A stretch of 64,000 bases of DNA, from the NCBI GenBank assembly GCA_964016885.1, contig OZ024743.1, positions 135,780,001-135,844,000 on the forward strand. Direction: 5' to 3'. The translations under genes were made by a program, and so were the position numbers. This document shows positions 1 to 10,229 of this stretch, piece after piece. Source of the stretch: Eledone cirrhosa. Lineage: Eukaryota. Under the pieces are notes generated by a model that was not told the origin of the DNA, ran no database searches, and worked only from the letters and a program-made list of their open reading frames with translations. How positions within the stretch are numbered: position 1 is the first letter of the stretch; each line of letters opens with the position of its first letter.

Positions 1-189
1 GGTGGTTGGTGTTTGGTGCTTGGTGTTTGGTGCTGGGTGCTTGGTGTTTGGTGCTGGGTGCTTGGTGTTTGGTGCTTGGTGCTTGGTGTTTGGTGCTTGG
101 TGCTGGGTGGTTGGTGTTTGGTGCTTGGTGTTTGGTGCTGGGTGCTTGGTGTTTGGTGCTGGGTGCTTGGTGTTTGGTGCTTGGTGCTT

Positions 190-560
190 GGTCTTTGGTG
201 CTTGGTGTTTGGTGCTTGGTGCTTGGTGCTTGGTGTTTGGTGCTTGGTGCTTGGTGTTTGGTGCTTGGTGCTTGGTGTTTGGTTTTTGGTGCTTGGTGCT
301 TGGTGTTTGGTGTTTGGTGCTTGCTGCTGGCTGCTTGGTGTTTGATGCATGGTGATTGGTGCTTGGTGTTTGGTGCTTGGTGTTTGGTGTTTGATGCTTG
401 GTGCTTGGTGCTTGGTGTTTGGTGCTTGGTGCTTGGTGTTTGGTGCTTGGTGCTTGGTGTTTGGTTTTTGGTGCTTGGTGCTTGGTGTTTGGTGTTTGGT
501 GCTTGCTACTGGCTGCTTGGTGTTTGATGCATGGTGATTGGTGCTTGGTGTTTGGTGCTT
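190..560. repeat. 182-bp (26-monomer) local duplication carrying the GCTGCTG-GCTGCTT-GGTGTTT-GATGCAT-GGTGATT landmark; repeated at about 6340-6710
   Basis: GATGCAT at 344 and 526, and at 6496 and 6678 (both offset 182 = 26x7). Confidence 0.8.
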
Positions 561-2189
561 GGTGTTTGGTGTTTGATGCTTGGTGCTTGGTGCTTGGTGT
601 TTGGTGCTTGGGGCTTGGTGTTTGGTGCTTGGTGCTTGGTGTTTGGTGCTTGGTGTTTGGTGCTTGGTGTTTGGTGCTTGGTGCTTGGTGCTTGGTGCTT
701 GGTGTTTGGTGGTTGGTGCTTGGTGCTTGGTGTTAGGTGTTTGGTGCTTGGTGCTTGGTGTTTGGTGTTTGGTGCTTGGTGTTTGGTGTTTGGTGCTTGG
801 TGTTTGGTGCTTGGTACTTGGTGCTTGGTGCTTGGTGTTAGGTGTTTGGTGCTTGGTGCTTGGTGTCTGGTTTTGGGTGCTTGGTGCTTGGTGTTTGGTG
901 TTTGGTGCTTGCTGCTGGCTGCTTGGTGTTTGGTGCTTGGTGATTGGTGCTTGGTGTTTGGTGCTTGGTGTTTGGTGTTTGGTGCTTGGTGATTGGTGTT
1001 TGTACTTGGTGCTTGGTGCTTGGTTCTTGGTGTTTGGTGCTTGGTGCTTGGTGTTTGGTGTTATATGCTTGGTGTTTGATGCTTGGTGCTTGGTGCTTGG
1101 TGTATGGTGTTTGGTGTTTGATGCTTGGTGCTTGGTGTTTGGTGCTTGGTGCTTGGTGTTTGTACTTGGTGCTTGGTGCTTGGTGCTTGGTGTTTGGTGC
1201 TTGGTGCTTGGTGCTTGGTCCTTGGTGCTTGGTGTTTGGTGGTTGGTGTTTGGTGCTTGGTGTTAGGTGTTTGGTGCTTGGTGCTTGGTGTTTGGTGTTT
1301 GGTGCTTGGTGTTTGGTGTTTGGTGCTTGGTATTTGGTGCTTGGTACTTGGTGCTTGGTGCTTGGTGTTAGGTGTTTGGTGCTTGGTGTTTGGTTCTTGG
1401 TGTTTGGTGCTTGGTGTTTGGTGCTTGGTGTTAGGTGTTTGGTGCTTGGTGCTTGGTGTTTGGTGTTTGGTGCTTGGTGTTTGGTGTTTGGTGCTTGGTG
1501 TTTGGTGCTTTTTGCTTGGTGCTTGGTGCTTGGTGTTTGGTGCTGGGTGCTTGGTGCTTGGTGTTTGGTGTTATATGCTTGGTGTTTGATGCTTGGTGCT
1601 TGGTGCTTGGTGTTTGGTGTTTGGTGCTTGGTGTTTGATGCTTGGTGCTTGGTGCTTGGTGTTTGGTGCTTGGTGCTTGGTGTTTGGTGCTTGGTGCTTG
1701 GTGTTTGGTGCTTGGTGTTTGGTGCTTGGTGTTTGGTGCTTGGTGCTTGGTGCTTGGTGCTTGGTGTTTGGTGGTTGGTGCTTGGTGTTTGGTGTTAGGT
1801 GTTTGGTGCTTGGTGCTTGGTGTCTGGTTTTTGGTGCTTGGTGCTTGGTGTTTGGTGCTTGTTGCTGGCTGCTTGGTGTTTGGTGCTTGGTGATTGGTGC
1901 TTGGTGTTTGGTGCTTGGTGTTTGGTGTTTGGTGCTTGGTGTTTGTACTTGGTGTTTGGTGCTTGGTGTTTGGTGCTAGGTGCTTGGTGTTTGGTGCTTG
2001 GTGCTTGGTGTTTGGTGCCTGGTGCTTGGTGTTTGGTCTTTGGTGTTTGGTGCTTGGTGCTTGGTGTTTGGTGTTTGCTGTTTGCTGTTTGGTGTTTGTT
2101 GTTTGGTGTTTGTTGTTTGGTGTTTGCTGTTTGGTGTTTGGTGTTTGCTTTTTGGTGTTTGGTGTTTGATGTATGTTGTTTGCTGTTTG

Positions 2190-2595
2190 GTGTTTGGTGT
2201 TTGGTGCTTGGTGCTTGGTGTTTGGTGCTTGGTGCTTGGTGTTTGGTGCCTGGTGCTTGGTGTTTGGTGTTTGGTGCTTGGTGCTTGGAGTTTGGTGTTT
2301 GGTGCTTGGTGCTTGGTGTTTCGTGTTTCGTGTTTGGTGCTTGGTGCTTGGTGCTTGGTCCTTGGTGTTTGGTGCTGGGTGCATTGTGTTTGGTGCTTGG
2401 TGCTTGGTGCTTGGTGCTTGGTGTTTGGTGCTTGGTGCTTGGTGTTTGGTGCCTGGTGCTTGGTGTTTGGTGTTTGGTGCTTGGTGCTTGGAGTTTGGTG
2501 TTTGGTGCTTGGTGCTTGGTGTTTCGTGTTTCGTGTTTGGTGCTTGGTGCTTGGTGCTTGGTCCTTGGTGTTTGGTGCTGGGTGCATTGTGCTTG
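2190..2595. repeat. 203-bp (29-monomer) tandem duplication; also at about 5680-6080 and 8340-8745
   Basis: The ordered markers GGTGCCT, GGAGTTT, CGTGTTT x2, GGTCCTT and GGTGCAT-TGTG each appear twice, 203 bp apart (e.g. GCATTG at 2381 and 2584). Confidence 0.9.
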
Positions 2596-5500
2596 GTGTT
2601 TTGTGTTTGGTGCTTGGTGGTTGGTGCTTGGTGTTTGGTGCTTGGTGCTTGGTGCTTGGTGTTTTGTGTTTGGTGCTTGGTGCTTGGTGTTTGGTGCTTG
2701 GTGCTGGGTGGTTGGTGTTTGGTGCTTGGTGTTTGGTGCTGGGTGCTTGGTATTTGGTGCTGGGTGCTTGGTGTTTGGTGCTTGGTGCTTGGTGTTTGGT
2801 GCTTGGTGCTGGGTGGTTGGTGTTTGGTGCTTGGTGTTTGGTGCTGGGTGCTTGGTGTTTGGTGCTGGGTGCTTGGTTTTTGGTGCTTGGTGCTTGGTCT
2901 TTGGTGCTTGGTGTTTGGTGCTTGGTGCTTGGTGCTTGGTGTTTGGTGCTTGGTGCTTGGTGTTTGGTGCTTGGTGCTTGGTGTTTGGTTTTTGGTGCTT
3001 GGTGCTTGGTGTTTGGTGTTTGGTGCTTGCTGCTGGCTGCTTGGTGTTTGATGCATGGTGATTGGTGCTTGGTGTTTGGTGCTTGGTGTTTGGTGTTTGA
3101 TGCTTGGTGCTTGGTGCTTGGTGTTTGGTGCTTGGTGCTTGGTGTTTGGTGCTTGGTGCTTGGTGTTTCGTGCTTGGTGTTTGGTGCTTGGTGTTTGGTG
3201 CTTGGTGCTTGGTGCTTGGTGCTTGGTGTTTGGTGGTTGGTGCTTGGTGCTTGGTGTTAGGTGTTTGGTGCTTGGTGCTTGGTGTTTGGTGTTTGGTGCT
3301 TGGTGTTTGGTGTTTGGTGCTTGGTGTTTGGTGCTTGGTACTTGGTGCTTGGTGCTTGGTGTTAGGTGTTTGGTGCTTGGTGCTTGGTGTCTGGTTTTTG
3401 GTGCTTGGTGCTTGGTGTTTGGTGTTTGGTGCTTGCTGCTGGCTGCTTGGTGTTTGGTGCTTGGTGATTGGTGCTTGGTGTTTGGTGCTTGGTGTTTGGT
3501 GTTTGGTGCTTGGTGATTGGTGTTTGTACTTGGTGCTTGGTGCTTGGTTCTTGGTGTTTGGTGCTTGGTGCTTGGTGTTTGGTGTTATATGCTTGGTGTT
3601 TGATGCTTGGTGCTTGGTGCTTGGTATTTGGTGTTTGGTGTTTGATGCTTGGTGCTTGGTGTTTGGTGCTTGGTGCTTGGTGTTTGTACTTGGTGCTTGG
3701 TGCTTGGTGCTTGGTGTTTGGTGCTTGGTGCTTGGTGCTTGGTGCTTGGTCCTTGGTGCTTGGTGTTTGGTGGTTGGTGTTTGGTGCTTGGTGTTAGGTG
3801 TTTGGTGCTTGGTGCTTGGTGTTTGGTGTTTGGTGCTTGGTGTTTGGTGTTTGGTGCTTGGTGTTTGGTGCTTGGTACTTGGTGCTTGGTGCTTGGTGTT
3901 AGGTGTTTGGTGCTTGGTGTTTGGTGCTTGGTGTTTGGTGCTTGGTGTTTGGTGTTTGATGCTTGGTGCTTGGTGCTTGGTGTTTGGTGCTTGGTGCTTG
4001 GTGTTTGGTGCTTGGTGCTTGGTGTTTGGTTTTTGGTGCTTGGTGCTTGGTGTTTGGTGTTTGGTGCTTGCTGCTGGCTGCTTGGTGTTTGATGCATGGT
4101 GATTGGTGCTTGGTGTTTGGTGCTTGGTGCTTGGTGTTTGGTGCTTGGTGCTTGGTGTTTGGTGCTTGGTGTTTGGAGCTTGGTGTTTGGTGCTTGGTGC
4201 TTGGTGCTTGGTGCTTGGTGTTTGGTGGTTGGTGCTTGGTGCTTGGTGTTAGGTGTTTGGTGCTTGGTGCTTGGTGTTTGGTGTTTGGTGCTTGGTGTTT
4301 GGTGTTTGGTGCTTGGTGTTTGGTGCTTGGTACTTGGTGCTTGGTGCTTGGTGTTAGGTGTTTGGTGCTTGGTGCTTGGTGTCTGGTTTTTGGTGCTTGG
4401 TGCTTGGTGTTTGGTGTTTGGTGCTTGCTGCTGGCTGCTTGGTGTTTGGTGCTTGGTGATTGGTGCTTGGTGTTTGGTGCTTGGTGTTTGGTGTTTGGTG
4501 CTTGGTGATTGGTGTTTGTACTTGGTGCTTGGTGCTTGGTTCTTGGTGTTTGGTGCTTGGTGCTTGGTGTTTGGTGTTATATGCTTGGTGTTTGATGCTT
4601 GGTGCTTGGTGCTTGGTGTATGGTGTTTGGTGTTTGATGCTTGGTGCTTGGTGTTTGGTGCTTGGTGCTTGGTGTTTGTACTTGGTGCTTGGTGCTTGGT
4701 GCTTGGTGTTTGGTGCTTGGTGCTTGGTGCTTGGTCCTTGGTGCTTGGTGTTTGGTGGTTGGTGTTTGGTGCTTGGTGTTAGGTGTTTGGTGCTTGGTGC
4801 TTGGTGTTTGGTGTTTGGTGCTTGGTGTTTGGTGTTTGGTGCTTGGTATTTGGTGCTTGGTACTTGGTGCTTGGTGCTTGGTGTTAGGTGTTTGGTGCTT
4901 GGTGTTTGGTGCTTGGTGTTTGGTGCTTGGTGTTTGGTGCTTGGTGTTAGGTGTTTGGTGCTTGGTGCTTGGTGTTTGGTGCTTGGTGTTTGGTGCTTTT
5001 TGCTTGGTGCTTGGTGCTTGGTGTTTGGTGCTGGGTGCTTGGTGCTTGGTGTTTGGTGTTATATGCTTGGTGTTTGATGCTTGGTGCTTGGTGCTTGGTG
5101 TTTGGTGTTTGGTGCTTGGTGTTTGATGCTTGGTGCTTGGTGCTTGGTGTTTGGTGCTTGGTGCTTGGTGTTTGGTGCTTGGTGCTTGGTGTTTGGTGCT
5201 TGGTGTTTGGTGCTTGGTGTTTGGTGCTTGGTGCTTGGTGCTTGGTGCTTGGTGTTTGGTGGTTGGTGCTTGGTGCTTGGTGTTAGGTGTTTGGTGCTTG
5301 GTGCTTGGTGTCTGGTTTTTGGTGCTTGGTGCTTGGTGTTTGGTGCTTGTTGCTGGCTGCTTGGTGTTTGGTGCTTGGTGATTGGTGCTTGGTGTTTGGT
5401 GCTTGGTGTTTGGTGTTTGGTGCTTGGTGTTTGTACTTGGTGTTTGGTGCTTGGTGTTTGGTGCTAGGTGCTTGGTGTTTGGTGCTTGGTGCTTGGTGTT

Positions 5501-8500
5501 TGGTGCCTGGTGCTTGGTGTTGGGTGTTTGGTGTTTGGTGCTTGGTGCTTGGTGTTTGGTGTTTGCTGTTTGCTGTTTGGTGTTTGTTGTTTGGTGTTTG
5601 TTGTTTGGTGTTTGCTGTTTGGTGTTTGGTGTTTGCTTTTTGGTGTTTGGTGTTTGATGTATGTTGTTTGCTGTTTGGTGTTTGGTGTTTGGTGCTTGGT
5701 GCTTGGTGTTTGGTGCTTGGTGCTTGGTGTTCGGTGCCTGGTGCTTGGTGTTTGGTGTTTGGTGCTTGGTGCTTGGAGTTTGGTGTTTGGTGCTTGGTGC
5801 TTGGTGTTTCGTGTTTCGTGTTTGGTGCTTGGTGCTTGGTGCTTGGTCCTTGGTGTTTGGTGCTGGGTGCATTGTGTTTGGTGCTTGGTGCTTGGTGCTT
5901 GGTGCTTGGTGTTTGGTGCTTGGTGCTTGGTGTTTGGTGCCTGGTGCTTGGTGTTTGGTGTTTGGTGCTTGGTGCTTGGAGTTTGGTGTTTGGTGCTTGG
6001 TGCTTGGTGTTTCGTGTTTCGTGTTTGGTGCTTGGTGCTTGGTGCTTGGTCCTTGGTGTTTGGTGCTGGGTGCATTGTGCTTGGTGTTTTGTGTTTGGTG
6101 CTTGGTGGTTGGTGCTTGGTGTTTGGTGCTTGGTGCTTGGTGCTTGGTGTTTTGTGTTTGGTGCTTGGTGCTTGGTGTTTGGTGCTTGGTGCTGGGTGGT
6201 TGGTGTTTGGTGCTTGGTGTTTGGTGCTGGGTGCTTGGTGTTTGGTGCTTGGTGCTGGGTGGTTGGTGTTTGGTGCTTGGTGTTTGGTGCTGGGTGCTTG
6301 GTGTTTAGTGCTGGGTGCTTGGTGTTTGGTGCTTGGTGCTTGGTCTTTGGTGCTTGGTGTTTGGTGCTTGGTGCTTGGTGCTTGGTGTTTGGTGCTTGGT
6401 GCTTGGTGTTTGGTGCTTGGTGCTTGGTGTTTGGTTTTTGGTGCTTGGTGCTTGGTGTTTGGTGTTTGGTGCTTGCTGCTGGCTGCTTGGTGTTTGATGC
6501 ATGGTGATTGGTGCTTGGTGTTTGGTGCTTGGTGTTTGGTGTTTGATGCTTGGTGCTTGGTGCTTGGTGTTTGGTGCTTGGTGCTTGGTGTTTGGTGCTT
6601 GGTGCTTGGTGTTTGGTTTTTGGTGCTTGGTGCTTGGTGTTTGGTGTTTGGTGCTTGCTACTGGCTGCTTGGTGTTTGATGCATGGTGATTGGTGCTTGG
6701 TGTTTGGTGCTTGGTGTTTGGTGTTTGATGCTTGGTGCTTGGTGCTTGGTGTTTGGTGCTTGGTGCTTGGTGTTTGGTGCTTGGTGCTTGGTGTTTGGTG
6801 CTTGGTGTTTGGTGCTTGGTGTTTGGTGCTTGGTGCTTGGTGCTTGGTGCTTGGTGTTTGGTGGTTGGTGCTTGGTGCTTGGTGTTAGGTGTTTGGTGCT
6901 TGGTGCTTGGTGTTTGGTGTTTGGTGCTTGGTGTTTGGTGTTTGGTGCTTGGTGTTTGGTGCTTGGTACTTGGTGCTTGGTGCTTGGTGTTAGGTATTTG
7001 GTGCTTGGTGCTTGGTGTCTGGTTTTTGGTGCTTGGTGCTTGGTGTTTGGTGTTTGGTGCTTGCTGCTGGCTGCTTGGTGTTTGGTGCTTGGTGATTGGT
7101 GCTTGGTGTTTGGTGCTTGGTGTTTGGTGTTTGGTGCTTGGTGATTGGTGTTTGTACTTGGTGCTTGGTGCTTGGTTCTTGGTGTTTGGTGCTTGGTGCT
7201 TGGTGTTTGGTGTTATATGCTTGGTGTTTGATGCTTGGTGCTTGGTGCTTGGTGTATGGTGTTTGGTGTTTGATGCTTGGTGCTTGGTGTTTGGTGCTTG
7301 GTGCTTGGTGTTTGTTCTTGGTGCTTGGTGCTTGGTGCTTGGTGTTTGGTGCTTGGTGCTTGGTGCTTGGTCCTTGGTGCTTGGTGTTTGGTGGTTGGTG
7401 TTTGGTGCTTGGTGTTAGGTGTTTGGTGCTTGGTGCTTGGTGTTTGGTGTTTGGTGCTTGGTGTTTGGTGTTTGGTGCTTGGTATTTGGTGCTTGGTACT
7501 TGGTGCTTGGTGCTTGGTGTTAGGTGTTTGGTGCTTGGTGTTTGGTGCTTGGTGTTTGGTGCTTGGTGTTTGGTGCTTGGTGTTAGGTGTTTGGTGCTTG
7601 GTGCTTGGTGTTTGGTGTTTGGTGCTTGGTGTTTGGTGTTTGGTGCTTGGTGTTTGGTGCTTTTTGCTTGGTGCTTGGTGCTTGGTGTTTGGTGCTGGGT
7701 GCTTGGTGCTTGGTGTTTGGTGTTATATGCTTGGTGTTTGATGCTTGGTGCTTGGTGCTTGGTGTTTGGTGTTTGGTGCTTGGTGTTTGATGCTTGGTGC
7801 TTGGTGCTTGGTGTTTGGTGCTTGGTGCTTGGTGTTTGGTGCTTGGTGCTTGGTGTTTGGTGCTTGGTGTTTGGTGCTTGGTGTTTGGTGCTTGGTGCTT
7901 GGTGCTTGGTGCTTGGTGTTTGGTGGTTGGTGCTGGGTGCTTGGTGTTAGGTGTTTGGTGCTTGGTGCTTGGTGTCTGGTTTTTGGTGCTTGGTGCTTGG
8001 TGTTTGGTGCTTGTTGCTGGCTGCTTGGTGTTTGGTGCTTGGTGATTGGTGCTTGGTGTTTGGTGCTTGGTGTTTGGTGTTTGGTGCTTGGTGTTTGTAC
8101 TTGGTGTTTGGTGCTTGGTGTTTGGTGCTAGGTGCTTGGTGTTTGGTGCTTGGTGCTTGGTGTTTGGTGCCTGGTGCTTGGTGTTTGGTGTTTGGTGTTT
8201 GGTGCTTGGTGCTTGGTGTTTGGTGTTTGCTGTTTGCTGTTTGGTGTTTGTTGTTTGGTGTTTGTTGTTTGGTGTTTGCTGTTTGGTGTTTGGTGTTTGC
8301 TTTTTGGTGTTTGGTGTTTGATGTATGTTGTTTGCTGTTTGGTGTTTGGTGTTTGGTGCTTGGTGCTTGGTGTTTGGTGCTTGGTGCTTGGTGTTTGGTG
8401 CCTGGTGCTTGGTGTTTGGTGTTTGGTGCTTGGTGCTTGGAGTTTGGTGTTTGGTGCTTGGTGCTTGGTGTTTCGTGTTTCGTGTTTGGTGCTTGGTGCT

Positions 8501-10229
8501 TGGTGCTTGGTCCTTGGTGTTTGGTGCTGGGTGCATTGTGTTTGGTGCTTGGTGCTTGGTGCTTGGTGCTTGGTGTTTGGTGCTTGGTGCTTGGTGTTTG
8601 GTGCCTGGTGCTTGGTGTTTGGTGTTTGGTGCTTGGTGCTTGGAGTTTGGTGTTTGGTGCTTGGTGCTTGGTGTTTCGTGTTTCGTGTTTGGTGCTTGGT
8701 GCTTGGTGCTTGGTCCTTGGTGTTTGGTGCTGGGTGCATTGTGCTTGGTGTTTTGTGTTTGGTGCTTGGTGGTTGGTGCTTGGTGTTTGGTGCTTGGTGC
8801 TTGGTGCTTGGTGTTTTGTGTTTGGTGCTTGGTGCTTGGTGTTTGGTGCTTGGTGCTGGGTGGTTGGTGTTTGGTGCTTGCTGTTTGGTGCTGGGTGCTT
8901 GGTATTTGGTGCTGGGTGCTTGGTGTTTGGTGCTTGGTGCTTGGTGTTTGGTGCTTGGTGCTGGGTGGTTGGTGTTTGGTGCTTGGTGTTTGGTGCTGGG
9001 TGCTTGGTGTTTGGTGCTGGGTGCTTGGTTTTTGGTGCTTGGTGCTTGGTCTTTGGTGCTTGGTATTTGGTGCTTGGCGCTTGGTGCTTGGTGTTTGGTG
9101 CTTGGTGCTTGGTGTTTGGTGCTTGGTGCTTGGTGTTTCGTGCTTGGTGTTTGGTGCTTGGTGTTTGGTGCTTGCTGCTTGGTGCTTGGTGCTTGGTGTT
9201 TGGTGGTTGGTGCTTGGTGCTTGGTGTTAGGTGTTTGGTGCTTGGTGCTTGGTGTTTGGTGTTTGGTGCTTGGTGTTTGGTGTTTGGTGCTTGGTGTTTG
9301 GTGCTTGGTACTTGGTGCTTGGTGCTTGGTGTTAGGTGTTTGGTGCTTGGTGCTTGGTGTCTGGTTTTTGGTGCTTGGTGCTTGGTGTTTGGTGTTTGGT
9401 GCTTGCTGCTGGCTGCTTGGTGTTTGGTGCATGGTGATTGGTGCTTGGTGTTTGGTGCTTGGTGTTTGGTGTTTGGTGCTTGGTGATTGGTGTTTGTACT
9501 TGGTGCTTGGTGCTTGGTTCTTGGTGTTTGGTGCTTGGTGCTTGGTGTTTGGTGTTATATGCTTGGTGTTTGATGCTTGGTGCTTTGTGCTTGGTGTTTG
9601 GTGTTTGGTGTTTGATGCTTGGTGCTTGGTGTTTGGTGCTTGGTGCTTGGTGTTTGTACTTGGTGCTTGGTGCTTGGTGCTTGGTGCTTGGTGCTTGGTC
9701 CTTGGTGCTTGGTGTTTGGTGGTTGGTGTTTGGTGCTTGGTGTTAGGTGTTTGGTGCTTGGTGCTTGGTGTTTGGTGTTTGGTGCTTGGTGTTTGGTGTT
9801 TGGTGCTTGGTGTTTGGTGCTTGGTACTTGGTGCTTGGTGCTTGGTGTTAGGTGTTTGGTGCTTGGTGTTTGGTGCTTGGTGTTTGGTGCTTGGTGCTTG
9901 GTGCTTGGTGCTTGGTGTTTGGTGGTTGGTGTTTGGTGCTTGGTGTTTGGTGCTTGGTGCTTGGTGCTTGGTGCTTGGTCCTTGGTGCTTGGTGTTTGGT
10001 GGTTGGTGTTTGGTGCTTGGTGTTAGGTGTTAGGTGTTTGGTGCTTGGTGCTTGGTGTTTGGTGTTTGGTGCTTGGTGTTTGGTGTTTGGTGCTTGGTGC
10101 TTGGTGTTTGGTGCTTTTTGCTTGGTGCTTGGTGCTTGGTGTTTGGTGCTGGGTGCTTGGTGCTTGGTGTTTGGTGTTATATGCTTGGTGTTTGATGCTT
10201 GGTGCTTGGTGCTTGGTGTTTGGTGTTTG

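Larger units (their letters stand above)
1..9050. repeat. Higher-order repeat family A: about 1-2900 recurs at about 6150-9050 (offset 6152), with further partial copies at offsets 2524 and 3488/3516
   Basis: Matching ORFs at offset 6152: 349/6501, 531/6683, 944/7096, 1435/7587, 1894/8046. Offset 3488: 1593/5081, 1894/5382. Offset 3516: 944/4460. Offset 2524: 531/3055. The private variant GCTACTG occurs at about 505 and 6657. Confidence 0.9.

Noticed and set aside
102-110. Chi-like GCTGGGTGG
   Set aside because: It is not the E. coli Chi octamer GCTGGTGG; it is a by-product of adjacent variants GGTGCTG and GGTGGTT.
733-737. TTAGG arthropod telomere motif
   Set aside because: It arises only from a T>A variant (GGTGTTA-GG) and never forms (TTAGG)n runs.
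1431-3056. Minus-strand ORFs of STKHQAP/NTKHQTP heptads (mucin-like or RNA polymerase II CTD-like)
   Set aside because: Same translation artefact. The ATG starts derive from the GCAT variant, and the heptad does not match YSPTSPS.
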